This document shows positions 41,809 to 55,437 of a stretch of DNA of 64,000 nucleotides, one piece after another; the first letter of the stretch is position 1, and each line of letters starts with the position of its first letter. Under the pieces are notes generated by a model. The model saw nothing but the letters and a program-made list of their open reading frames with translations, did no database searches and was not told the origin of the DNA. This stretch comes from Lingula anatina (lineage: Eukaryota > Animalia > Brachiopoda): NCBI GenBank assembly GCA_051362555.1, contig CM120644.1:17010534-17074533 (forward strand). The letters run 5' to 3'. Made by a program: the position numbers and the translations under genes.

Positions 41809-42940
41809 CGCACATTATCAAGTCTACAAAAAATTTGTCCCAAAGCTTATAAAAACATGGTCGTTCCTCTTTAAAAGGTTATTTCGAACATCTTTTAAAT
41901 CTGATTTATATACATATTCCAACTCAGTATTACGTATTATTCCAATATTTTTTTACAAACGGTTTCACTTGAGTTTTCAACCTGAGTACATTTACATACA
42001 TTTTCATGTACTTGTGCAAACAGAATTACATGTCATTTCACATAATTATTCCAAATCTTAATGATGTCGTAAGCAGGACAGATTGTATTGCCCCATAGTT
42101 AAAAGCACACTGATATCCCAAGTACAGCTATTAGTATTTATATGCCTCTTGGTCTCAGTGATATGGTTGTCCCTTTCCTTCAGAATTTCGTAAAAACATC
42201 ATTACCTTACCTACTGCTAATGGCCGGTGGCTAACATTATTATTATTGTGAAAGTTTCTTTAACTTAGTCATTCATACCCTGTTTTATTCCAAAGCACTT
42301 TATATCTAAATTTTCATAACAACATATTTACTTGCAAACAGAAAGTAACGCAAAATTTCCAAGATCGATCAGGGCAAACGTTTCCAATCTTTATGATGTC
42401 TTGCCACGAATTTTTTACCCAGATGTTAACAATACACTTATATCCCAAGTAGAACTACTTGAATGTCTGTCGTTCACGTTGGTGTGCTTGACATGTTACC
42501 TCAGAAATTCGAAAAATGTCAGTATTACTTACCGATTTTACAAGCCTCCTGCAAATGGCGACACCCTATTTTTAGAAATGTCGAGGGGGAATTCCCCTTT
42601 GTTGCTATTGACTCTATTTTTTCAACCAAAACAAACATCTAGTTCAAGGACGTTTATTGTCCAATGGAATATGCATCTATATGGTGTTTTAACATTTAAA
42701 ATATTAAAATAAGCTTGATATGCTTATGTGCTGTTTATTACACATGTCAGGGATGTAGGCCTAATAGTATAACAAAATGAACACATTGATAACGTAATAG
42801 GGCCTACAGTGGCAGATCATGGGACACAGTAATCCACAGTGGGTCTCCGCCCCCTCCTCCTCTTTAGTTTGTGAGGTAGGCATTTCCCCTTCTGTCCCTT
42901 TCCAAATAATGATACACCAAGCAAAACAAGACAAAGCCAA
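40940..42940. repeat. Two diverged tandem copies of the ~1-kb GT-microsatellite / kappaB unit (others: ~34190-40230 split by the transposon, and 45820-47005)
   Basis: Shared blocks: (GT)n-cgcacat, ctttaaaaggtta, acagaaagtaacgccaaatttccc, gcaaatggcgac, gaggggaattcccc. Confidence 0.85.
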
Positions 42941-45570
42941 TAAAAAAAAAATTCACGTATTCCACTGCTCACTGCTGCTTGACACCAATTTATGAAATGG
43001 AATGTTTATGAAAGTATCGGTTTTATAAACCAAGTTCTAACAGTGCTGCCGTTTTTTTTTTTTTTTTCGAAATTGCAATTACGTTCAAACATTCATGCAT
43101 CTTGGTCTGTAATATGGTGGAGAAGCAAGATAAAATTTTCTGCTATAATTCTGAAAAAATATTTTCAATGATAAGTTAAAAACAACTCAAACAACCATAT
43201 TATATTATGTCACTTTACTTGCTGCACAATATCTGCATTTTGTACATCAAAACTACTAAATATCCTTTATAATTTTTCTCACTTCTCAAAACATCAAATC
43301 TTCCTTGACGTTTTCAAACAAAATCCCATTTTCACTTGTTTCTCCTCATTATTATAAACAACTCTACCTGCAACAACACATACAAACAATTTACAATACA
43401 AAATTATAGAAGTTTTCTTGTTATATAATATTGCTGGACTGTCACAGGCGAGTTACGGATTGAAGCACACCAGGGCCTCGTTTTACAAACAAACTCGACT
43501 TAAAAGTTGAACTCATAACCTTACCATCACAACTGACATCTTTTTTCATCAAAGGTAAATCCTTAGTAGCGTGCCAAAATACACCCCACTGTCAGCATTA
43601 AAAAATGTTTCTCTCAAATTAAAACCAAAGTCCAACCAGTGGTTTAATCGGATGCAAAAACAATTCTGTTACTCCAGTTTCTTTGTAAAATGGGGCCCAA
43701 TACTACCTATGGCCTTACTACAAATTTTATTTACAGATTGGTTCATTATTCATACATGTGTGTATATGAATACTGATGTTTCATGTATTGCACCTGAAGT
43801 GTGCAATTTTTGTAAATAACGAACGTGTAGTGCAATGTTACCTAAAAGAGCACCCAAAGTAGATGCCACGGAGGCCTCTACACGAATTCCCCACAGTCTG
43901 GCAATTGACATACTACAAGTTGGTGTAATTCAGCTATCACTTTAAACAAAAAACAAATGCTAAAAAAATTAGCATTTAAAAAAAATTAAATGAAATGTTT
44001 TCTTTTAAATATGTTGAATCTAGGGCAATCCTTATTGACAGAAATGGTGACTAGAAAGACAGAAACTTGAGCATCAAACATTGTCTTTCTACAAATTAAA
44101 AGATCTATCATTCTAGAAAAAATATTCACTCTTTTCTTTGATACGAAAATATAGGGAAAATGTCATCGAGTAAGAAGGTCAAGGTTTAAAACATAGTGAA
44201 TTATTTGGTAGTGGCTGTGCAATAAACTGTCACATTCATTTGCAAACAGCATAACCTATCACGTTTTTCACTGAAATGTGAGAAATGCCAAGAAAAAAAT
44301 TCCATCAGCCGCAAGTGTTATGAATTCAAAGTAACAATAACAGCATCTTCCAGCAACAAGTAAAACTCAGAGAGTCAAAGTGCTGAAGTGGTAAACTCTG
44401 AATTTTAGTGTTTTTATTTTAAGAAACCATTATTGTAACTGAGAAATATCAAATTTTCTTAACACCTGCTGCCAACTCTACCAAGCACAAGAAAAATCCT
44501 CAGAACCAGCTTTTCTATACCAGCCAATAGATGGCACTCATGCTCAAGATATCCTTTGACAAGTTATTGTAACCAACCTTTGCCAGTGACAGTCAGCAAT
44601 CTTCTACCGAAAAAAAAAATGTAACTTGCAGCTACCATAATTTCATTCTTTATAAAATGAAATTCTCACCACCATTGTAATTCATTGAAATTCAACAACC
44701 TAAAAAAAAATTAACAAAAAAATATCTCAAGATTAACTTTGCATACTATGTGCTGTCATTATATATTTCTCTCTACATATCTACGTTTGTACTATTTGTA
44801 TGCACTTCTGGGCAATAACAACATATTTAATATAATAATAATAATAATAGTGCTATGGTCAGCTTCTAGGCTGACCAAAAGTTGGGCATAACTGACCACA
44901 AGACAAGTGTTCAATGCACTACTGACAATATTAATCAAGTTTTGATACATTTCTTTCAATGATAATATACACATAATTTGTAGTAGCCACTTACAGAAAA
45001 ATCCTTTATACTTTGTGTACAATAATTTGTAGCCAGTTACAAAAATTTACTTCATACTTCGATCATATGCTGTGTATTGACTTATACATAACTGTGTATT
45101 AATCCTTTTTACAGATAAAATATACAAATATAATATCTATTCTTCAAACGTTATGTGTTCTAATTTACACATGCAGTAATAACAATAGTTGCTGTATCTT
45201 ATAATACTTATAATATTAATAACAATAATAGATCTACTCTGGAAAAAGAGGCTGCTATGAAAAATGCAAAGGATGCTGCTGCTGTTAGTAAAATGTCCCA
45301 TTTACTCCTTCAATACAAATCTGTCTTTTCACCTTCTTCATTATTTCAGAGTACTGTCAACGATTTTTCCATATAGCTACAGGTAACTTGAAGGGAGGGG
45401 GGTGAGTAAAATCAATTGCTACAGCTTAATTGTGATCAATTGTCATTTTGCTTGGCCAATTAAAATGATTTTACCAAAATTTACTTCCAGAAAGTTAAAA
45501 CTTGAAAATCTGGCCGTCTTCCAAAAGACCCAGAAGATGACCTCAATCCACCTCAAAAATTCAGAGCATT

Positions 45571-45606
<36 letters not shown>

Positions 45607-45880
45607 TTTTAAGTACTCTAAAACTGAAGGGTTTTTAAAAGACATTATTCCACAGACCTCAGACATACCACAACACAATCACCTTTGGATCACTCAAGCT
45701 CTCATAATACATATATACTGCAAAGCAAACCTGTTTTCAACCAAACCACTTGCACTTTTTCTCAATTCATCCCTAAGGGGTATCCACAGGCCAGGGGTAT
45801 CCACTTATATCCCCTTCTAAAAAATGATACACCAAGTAAAACAAGACAAAGCCAAGAAAAGCCTAAAACCCTGGGTCTGT

Positions 45881-45922
<42 letters not shown>

Positions 45923-46491
45923 GCTATATGTGTACACGTGTGTCGTACATGATCTACTCTACAAATAAATAGACCCCAAAAATAAATAGACCCCAAGTTT
46001 ATGAATACACCATCGTTTTTCTTTAAAAGGTTATTTGTAAAATCTTTAAATTTTGAAATATACCATGACTTTCCCAACACAGTATTACGTATTATTTCAA
46101 TCATTTGATTTTTTTAAATAAACGTTGGAACTTCAGTTTTCAACCTGGGTACATTTACATATGAACATATACGTGTTTCTGTGCAAACGGAAAGTTCATT
46201 GTAACGCAACATGATGATTCCAAATCTTTATGATGCCGTGCGTTGGACAGATAACATTGCCCCAGTGTTAACAACACACTGATATATATCCCAAGTACAA
46301 CTACAAGCTTGGTCTCAGCGATGTGGTTGACATGTTTCTTCAGAATTTTGTAAAACACCATTACCCTTACCTACTGCTAATGACTGGTGCCGTACAATGT
46401 TATTATTATTATTATTACTGTGACCGTTCATTTAACTACTTCCTTCATACCTTTTCATTCTTTTAAAATGCTCTTAATATCTTATTTTTTA

Positions 46492-48129
46492 ATAACATAT
46501 TTACGTGCAAACAGAAAGTAACGCCAAATTTCCCAGTTCGATCACTAAGGACAAACACAGTCAATCTTTACGTTAATTTTAACAGAGATGTTAACAACAC
46601 ACCGATAGCACAAGTTAAACTACTCTCTCTCTCTCTCTCTCTCTCTCTCATGTCTCTCGTTAACATTGATATGGTTGACTCGTTACTTTTGAATTTCGTC
46701 AAAATATCGGCAATTAAGTCATTTACCGATTTCAAACGCCCCGTGCAAATGGCGACTCTCTTTTATTAGAAATGACGAGGGGAATTCCCCTTTATTGTTA
46801 TTGACGCAACTAACGCGAACATCTAGTTGAAAGCCGTTTATCAATTTGTGCATCTATAGTGTTAATAAGCTTGATTTGATACATGCTTTTTGTTATACAT
46901 ACGCCAAGAAGGCAGGGCTATATGACAAACTGAACACAATGATAACATAATACATGTGCACTGGCGGATCATGGGACCCCCTAACCCCCCCCCCCCCCCC
47001 CCTCCATAACATATTTACGTGCAAACAGAAAGTAACGCCAAATTTCCCAGTTCGATCACTAAGGACAAACACAGTCAATCTTTACGTTAATTTTAACAGA
47101 GATGTTAACAACACACCGATAGCACAAGTTAAACTACTCTCTCTCTCTCTCATGTCTCTCGTTAACATTGATATGGTTGACTCGTTACTTTTGAATTTAG
47201 TCAAAATATCGGCAATTAAGTCACTTACCGATTTCAAACGCCCCGTGCAAATGGCGACTCTCTTTTATTAGAAATGACGAGGGGAATTCCCCTTTATTGT
47301 TATTGACGCAACTAACGCGAACATCTAGTTGAAAGCCGTTTATCAATTTGTGCATCTATAGTGTTAATAAGCTTGATTTGATACATGCTTTTTGTTATAC
47401 ATACGCCAAGAACGCAGGGCTATATGACAAACTGAACACAATGATAACATAATACATGTGCACTGGCGGATCATGGGACCCCCTCCCCCCCCCCCATAAC
47501 ATATTTACGTGCAAACAGAAAGTAACGCCAAATTTCCCAGTTCGATCACTAAGGACAAACACAGTCAATCTTTACGTTAATTTTAACAGAGATGTTAACA
47601 ACACACCGATAGCACAAGTTAAACTACTCTCTCTCTCTCTCTCTCTCTCATGTCTCTCGTTAACATTGATATGGTTGACTCGTTACTTTTGAATTTCGTC
47701 AAAATATCGGCAATTAAGTCACTTACCGATTTCAAACGCCCCGTGCAAATGGCGACTCTCTTTTATTAGAAATGACGAGGGGAATTCCCCTTTATTGTTA
47801 TTGACGCAACTATCGCGAACATATAGTTGAAAGCCGTTTATCAATTTGTGCATCTATAGTGTTAATAAGCTTGATTTGATACATGCTTTTTGTTATACAT
47901 ACGCCAAGAAGGCAGGGCTATATGACAAACTGAACACAATGATAACATAATACATGTGCACTGGCGGATCATGGGACCCCCTCCCCCCCCCCCTCCCCAT
48001 AACATATTTACGTGCAAACAGAAAGTAACGCCAAATTTCCCAGTTCGATCACTAAGGACAAACACAGTCAATCTTTACGTTAATTTTAACAGAGATGTTA
48101 ACAACACACCGATAGCACAAGTTAAACTA

Positions 48130-48160
<31 letters not shown>

Positions 48161-49645
48161 ATGTCTCTCGTTAACATTGATATGGTTGACTCGTTACTTT
48201 TGAATTTAGTCAAAATATCGGCAATTAAGTCACTTACCGATTTCAAACGCCCCGTGCAAATGGCGACTCTCTTTTATTAGAAATGACGAGGGGAATTCCC
48301 CTTTATTGTTATTGACGCAACTAACGCGAACATCTAGTTGAAAGCCGTTTATCAATTTGTGCATCTATAGTGTTAATAAGCTTGATTTGATACATGCTTT
48401 TTGTTATACATACGCCAAGAACGCAGGGCTATATGACAAACTGAACACAATGATAACATAATACATGTGCACTGGCGGATCATGGGACCCCCTAACCCCC
48501 CCCCCCCCCCCCCCCCCTCCATAACATATTTACGTGCAAACAGAAAGTAACGCCAAATTTCCCAGTTCGATCACTAAGGACAAACACAGTCAATCTTTAC
48601 GTTAATTTTAACAGAGATGTTAACAACACACCGATAGCACAAGTTAAACTACTCTCTCTCTCTCTCATGTCTCTCGTTAACATTGATATGGTTGACTCGT
48701 TACTTTTGAATTTCGTCAAAATATCGGCAATTAAGTCACTTACCGATTTCAAACGCCCCGTGCAAATGGCGACTCTCTTTTATTAGAAATGACGAGGGGA
48801 ATTCCCCTTTATTGTTATTGGCGCAACTAACGCGAACATCTAGTTGAAAGCCGTTTATCAATTTGTGCATCTATAGTGTTAATAAGCTTGATTTGATACA
48901 TGCTTTTTGTTATACATACGCCAAGAAGGCAGGGCTATATGACAAACTGAACACAATGATAACATAATACATGTGCACTGGCGGATCATGGGACCCCCCC
49001 CCCCCCCCCCATAACATATTTACGTGCAAACAGAAAGTAACGCCAAATTTCCCAGTTCGATCACTAAGGACAAACACAGTCAATCTTTACGTTAATTTTA
49101 ACAGAGATGTTAACAACACACCGATAGCACAAGTTAAACTACTCTCTCTCTCTCTCTCTCTCTCTCATGTCTCTCGTTAACATTGATATGGTAAACTCGT
49201 TACTTTTGAATTTCGTCAAAATATCGGCAATTAAGTCACTTACCGATTTCAAACGCCCCGTGCAAATGGCGACTCTCTTTTATTAGAAATGACGAGGGGA
49301 ATTCCCCTTTATTGTTATTGACGCAACTATCGCGAACATATAGTTGAAAGCCGTTTATCAATTTGTGCATCTATAGTGTTAATAAGCTTGATTTGATACA
49401 TGCTTTTTGTTATACATACGCCAAGAAGGCAGGGCTATATGACAAACTGAACACAATGATAACATAATACATGTGCACTGGCGGATCATGGGACCCCCTC
49501 CCCCCCCCCTCCCCATAACATATTTACGTGCAAACAGAAAGTAACGCCAAATTTCCCAGTTCGATCACTAAGGACAAACACAGTCAATCTTTACGTTAAT
49601 TTTAACAGAGATGTTAACAACACACCGATAGCACAAGTTAAACTA

Positions 49646-49676
<31 letters not shown>

Positions 49677-51159
49677 ATGTCTCTCGTTAACATTGATATG
49701 GTTGACTCGTTACTTTTGAATTTAGTCAAAATATCGGCAATTAAGTCACTTACCGATTTCAAACGCCCCGTGCAAATGGCGACTCTCTTTTATTAGAAAT
49801 GACGAGGGGAATTCCCCTTTATTGTTATTGACGCAACTAACGCGAACATCTAGTTGAAAGCCGTTTATCAATTTGTGCATCTATAGTGTTAATAAGCTTG
49901 ATTTGATACATGCTTTTTGTTATACATACGCCAAGAACGCAGGGCTATATGACAAACTGAACACAATGATAACATAATACATGTGCACTGGCGGATCATG
50001 GGACCCCCTAACCCCCCCCCCTCCATAACATATTTACGTGCAAACAGAAAGTAACGCCAAATTTCCCAGTTCGATCACTAAGGACAAACACAGTCAATCT
50101 TTACGTTAATTTTAACAGAGATGTTAACAACACACCGATAGCACAAGTTAAACTACTCTCTCTCTCTCTCATGTCTCTCGTTAACATTGATATGGTTGAC
50201 TCGTTACTTTTGAATTTCGTCAAAATATCGGCAATTAAGTCACTTACCGATTTCAAACGCCCCGTGCAAATGGCGACTCTCTTTTATTAGAAATGACGAG
50301 GGGAATTCCCCTTTATTGTTATTGGCGCAACTAACGCGAACATCTAGTTGAAAGCCGTTTATCAATTTGTGCATCTATAGTGTTAATAAGCTTGATTTGA
50401 TACATGCTTTTTGTTATACATACGCCAAGAAGGCAGGGCTATATGACAAACTGAACACAATGATAACATAATACATGTGCACTGGCGGATCATGGGACCC
50501 CCCCCCCCCCCCCCCCCCCCCATAACATATTTACGTGCAAACAGAAAGTAACGCCAAATTACCCAGTTCGATCACTAAGGACAAACACAGTCAATCTTTA
50601 CGTTAATTTTAACAGAGATGTTAACAACACACCGATAGCACAAGTTAAACTACTCTCTCTCTCTCTCTCTCTCTCTCATGTCTCTCGTTAACATTGATAT
50701 GGTAAACTCGTTACTTTTGAATTTCGTCAAAATATCGGCAATTAAGTCACTTACCGATTTCAAACGCCCCGTGCAAATGGCGACTCTCTTTTATTAGAAA
50801 TGACGAGGGGAATTCCCCTTTATTGTTATTGACGCAACTATCGCGAACATATAGTTGAAAGCCGTTTATCAATTTGTGCATCTATAGTGTTAATAAGCTT
50901 GATTTGATACATGCTTTTTGTTATACATACGCCAAGAACGCAGGGCTATATGACAAACTGAACACAATGATAACATAATACATGTGCACTGGCGGATCAT
51001 GGGACCCCCCTCCCCCCCCCCCCTCCCCATAACATATTTACGTGCAAACAGAAAGTAACGCCAAATTTCCCAGTTCGATCACTAAGGACAAACACAGTCA
51101 ATCTTTACGTTAATTTTAACAGAGATGTTAACAACACACCGATAGCACAAGTTAAACTA

Positions 51160-51212
<53 letters not shown>

Positions 51213-53213
51213 GTCTCTCGTTAACATTGATATGGTTGACTCGTTACTTTTGAATTTAGTCAAAATATCGGCAATTAAGTCACTTACCGATTTCAAACGC
51301 CCCGTGCAAATGGCGACTCTCTTTTATTAGAAATGACGAGGGGAATTCCCCTTTATTGTTATTGGCGCAACTAACGCGAACATCTAGTTGAAAGCCGTTT
51401 ATCAATTTGTGCATCTATAGTGTTAATAAGCTTGATTTGATACATGCTTTTTGTTATACATACGCCAAGAAGGCAGGGCTATATGACAAACTGAACACAA
51501 TGATAACATAATACATGTGCACTGGCGGATCATGGGACCCCCTCCCCCCCCCCCTCCCCATAACATATTTACGTGCAAACAGAAAGTAACGCCAAATTTC
51601 CCAGTTCGATCACTAAGGACAAACACAGTCAATCTTTACGTTAATTTTAACAGAGATGTTAACAACACACCGATAGCACAAGTTAAACTACTCTCTCTCT
51701 CTCTCTCTCTCTCTCTCATGTCTCTCGTTAACATTGATATGGTTGACTCGTTACTTTTGAATTTCGTCAAAATATCGGCAATTAAGTCATTTACCGATTT
51801 CAAACGCCCCGTGCAAATGGCGACTCTCTTTTATTAGAAATGACGAGGGGAATTCCCCTTTATTGTTATTGACGCAACTAACGCGAACATCTAGTTGAAA
51901 GCCGTTTATCAATTTGTGCATCTATAGTGTTAATAAGCTTGATTTGATACATGCTTTTTGTTATACATACGCCAAGAAGGCAGGGCTATATGACAAACTG
52001 AACACAATGATAACATAATACATGTGCACTGGCGGATCATGGGACCCCCTAACCCCCCCCCCCCCCCCCTCCATAACATATTTACGTGCAAACAGAAAGT
52101 AACGCCAAATTTCCCAGTTCGATCACTAAGGACAAACACAGTCAATCTTTACGTTAATTTTAACAGAGATGTTAACAACACACCGATAGCACAAGTTAAA
52201 CTACTCTCTCTCTCTCTCATGTCTCTCGTTAACATTGATATGGTTGACTCGTTACTTTTGAATTTAGTCAAAATATCGGCAATTAAGTCACTTACCGATT
52301 TCAAACGCCCCGTGCAAATGGCGACTCTCTTTTATTAGAAATGACGAGGGGAATTCCCCTTTATTGTTATTGACGCAACTAACGCGAACATCTAGTTGAA
52401 AGCCGTTTATCAATTTGTGCATCTATAGTGTTAATAAGCTTGATTTGATACATGCTTTTTGTTATACATACGCCAAGAACGCAGGGCTATATGACAAACT
52501 GAACACAATGATAACATAATACATGTGCACTGGCGGATCATGGGACCCCCTCCCCCCCCCCCCCCCCCCCCCCCCCCCCATAACATATTTACGTGCAAAC
52601 AGAAAGTAACGCCAAATTTCCCAGTTCGATCACTAAGGACAAACACAGTCAATCTTTACGTTAATTTTAACAGAGATGTTAACAACACACCGATAGCACA
52701 AGTTAAACTACTCTCTCTCTCTCTCTCTCTCTCATGTCTCTCGTTAACATTGATATGGTTGACTCGTTACTTTTGAATTTCGTCAAAATATCGGCAATTA
52801 AGTCACTTACCGATTTCAAACGCCCCGTGCAAATGGCGACTCTCTTTTATTAGAAATGACGAGGGGAATTCCCCTTTATTGTTATTGACGCAACTATCGC
52901 GAACATATAGTTGAAAGCCGTTTATCAATTTGTGCATCTATAGTGTTAATAAGCTTGATTTGATACATGCTTTTTGTTATACATACGCCAAGAAGGCAGG
53001 GCTATATGACAAACTGAACACAATGATAACATAATACATGTGCACTGGCGGATCATGGGACCCCCTCCCCCCCCCCCTCCCCATAACATATTTACGTGCA
53101 AACAGAAAGTAACGCCAAATTTCCCAGTTCGATCACTAAGGACAAACACAGTCAATCTTTACGTTAATTTTAACAGAGATGTTAACAACACACCGATAGC
53201 ACAAGTTAAACTA

Positions 53214-53244
<31 letters not shown>

Positions 53245-54741
53245 ATGTCTCTCGTTAACATTGATATGGTTGACTCGTTACTTTTGAATTTAGTCAAAAT
53301 ATCGGCAATTAAGTCACTTACCGATTTCAAACGCCCCGTGCAAATGGCGACTCTCTTTTATTAGAAATGACGAGGGGAATTCCCCTTTATTGTTATTGAC
53401 GCAACTAACGCGAACATCTAGTTGAAAGCCGTTTATCAATTTGTGCATCTATAGTGTTAATAAGCTTGATTTGATACATGCTTTTTGTTATACATACGCC
53501 AAGAACGCAGGGCTATATGACAAACTGAACACAATGATAACATAATACATGTGCACTGGCGGATCATGGGACCCCCTAACCCCCCCCCCCCCCCCCCCCC
53601 CCCCCCTCCATAACATATTTACGTGCAAACAGAAAGTAACGCCAAATTTCCCAGTTCGATCACTAAGGACAAACACAGTCAATCTTTACGTTAATTTTAA
53701 CAGAGATGTTAACAACACACCGATAGCACAAGTTAAACTACTCTCTCTCTCTCTCATGTCTCTCGTTAACATTGATATGGTTGACTCGTTACTTTTGAAT
53801 TTCGTCAAAATATCGGCAATTAAGTCACTTACCGATTTCAAACGCCCCGTGCAAATGGCGACTCTCTTTTATTAGAAATGACGAGGGGAATTCCCCTTTA
53901 TTGTTATTGGCGCAACTAACGCGAACATCTAGTTGAAAGCCGTTTATCAATTTGTGCATCTATAGTGTTAATAAGCTTGATTTGATACATGCTTTTTGTT
54001 ATACATACGCCAAGAAGGCAGGGCTATATGACAAACTGAACACAATGATAACATAATACATGTGCACTGGCGGATCATGGGACCCCCCCCCCCCCCCCCC
54101 CCCCATAACATATTTACGTGCAAACAGAAAGTAACGCCAAATTTCCCAGTTCGATCACTAAGGACAAACACAGTCAATCTTTACGTTAATTTTAACAGAG
54201 ATGTTAACAACACACCGATAGCACAAGTTAAACTACTCTCTCTCTCTCTCTCTCTCTCTCATGTCTCTCGTTAACATTGATATGGTAAACTCGTTACTTT
54301 TGAATTTCGTCAAAATATCGGCAATTAAGTCACTTACCGATTTCAAACGCCCCGTGCAAATGGCGACTCTCTTTTATTAGAAATGACGAGGGGAATTCCC
54401 CTTTATTGTTATTGACGCAACTATCGCGAACATATAGTTGAAAGCCGTTTATCAATTTGTGCATCTATAGTGTTAATAAGCTTGATTTGATACATGCTTT
54501 TTGTTATACATACGCCAAGAACGCAGGGCTATATGACAAACTGAACACAATGATAACATAATACATGTGCACTGGCGGATCATGGGACCCCCTCCCCCCC
54601 CCCCCTCCCCATAACATATTTACGTGCAAACAGAAAGTAACGCCAAATTTCCCAGTTCGATCACTAAGGACAAACACAGTCAATCTTTACGTTAATTTTA
54701 ACAGAGATGTTAACAACACACCGATAGCACAAGTTAAACTA

Positions 54742-54778
<37 letters not shown>

Positions 54779-55118
54779 GTCTCTCGTTAACATTGATATG
54801 GTTGACTCGTTACTTTTAAATTTCGTCAAAATATCGGCAATTAAGTCACTTACCGATTTCAAACGTCCCGTGCAAATGGCGACTCTCTTTTATTAGAAAT
54901 GACGAGGGGAATTCCCCTTTATTGTTATTGACGCAACTAACGCGAACATCTAGTTGAAAGCCGTTTATCAATTTGTGCATCTATAGTGTTAATAAGCTTG
55001 ATTTGATACATGCTTTTTGTTATACATACGCCAAGAACGCAGGGCTATATGACAAACTGAACACAATGATAACATAATACATGTGCACTGGCGGATCATG
55101 GGACCCCCCCCCCCCCCC
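46492..55118. repeat. Tandem satellite, 17 monomers of ~507 bp
   Basis: Monomer starts (ataacatatttacgtgc) near 46492, 47006, 47496, 47999, 48521, 49011, 49516, 50025, 50522, 51029, 51560, 52073, 52580, 53083, 53610, 54105, 54611. Monomers are near-identical apart from (CT)n and poly-C lengths and a few diagnostic SNPs. Confidence 0.98.
46779..46790. promoter_or_regulatory. Palindromic kappaB-consensus site GGGGAATTCCCC (first satellite copy; one per monomer, plus 40074, 41562, 42586)
   Basis: Exact match to the GGGRNNYYCC consensus on both strands. The motif is certain; function is not shown. Confidence 0.55.
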
Positions 55119-55406
55119 AAGCATGAAAGGGTCCACTGAGCTGTTATATAACTGTTTTTAAAGTAATGTATCGGCCCATTCATGTGTAGTGCCATTTTCC
55201 AACGAGAGCCAATATTGAGAGTGAAGAAATTATCAAATTACATCCCCTAATTAGAGCAGACAATAGCTGGTAACATTAACATATGTAGGCCTATATATAG
55301 ACCGAGAACTCTGGAAACTTTACTCTCCAACATCATAAAGGCAATCTCCTGAAGACTAATGTCGTTTTTTCTTACATTTATTTCCTAGAATTGTTTTATT
55401 GAGTGT

Positions 55407-55437
<31 letters not shown>

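Noticed and set aside
42945-45780. Unique AT-rich block between repeat units as a retrocopy or hidden gene
   Set aside because: No convincing ORF, spliced frame, poly-A signal with tail, or TSD could be identified.
46492-55118. CRISPR-like or rDNA/5S/snRNA tandem array
   Set aside because: No unique spacers or cas genes, eukaryotic context, and no recognisable structural RNA gene in the monomer.
46893-55195. Many repeated ORFs (MCTGGSWDP..., MHWRIMGP..., MTVFVLSD...) in the array
   Set aside because: Frames change with poly-C and (CT)n length between monomers; no domain signal; they are by-products of the satellite.
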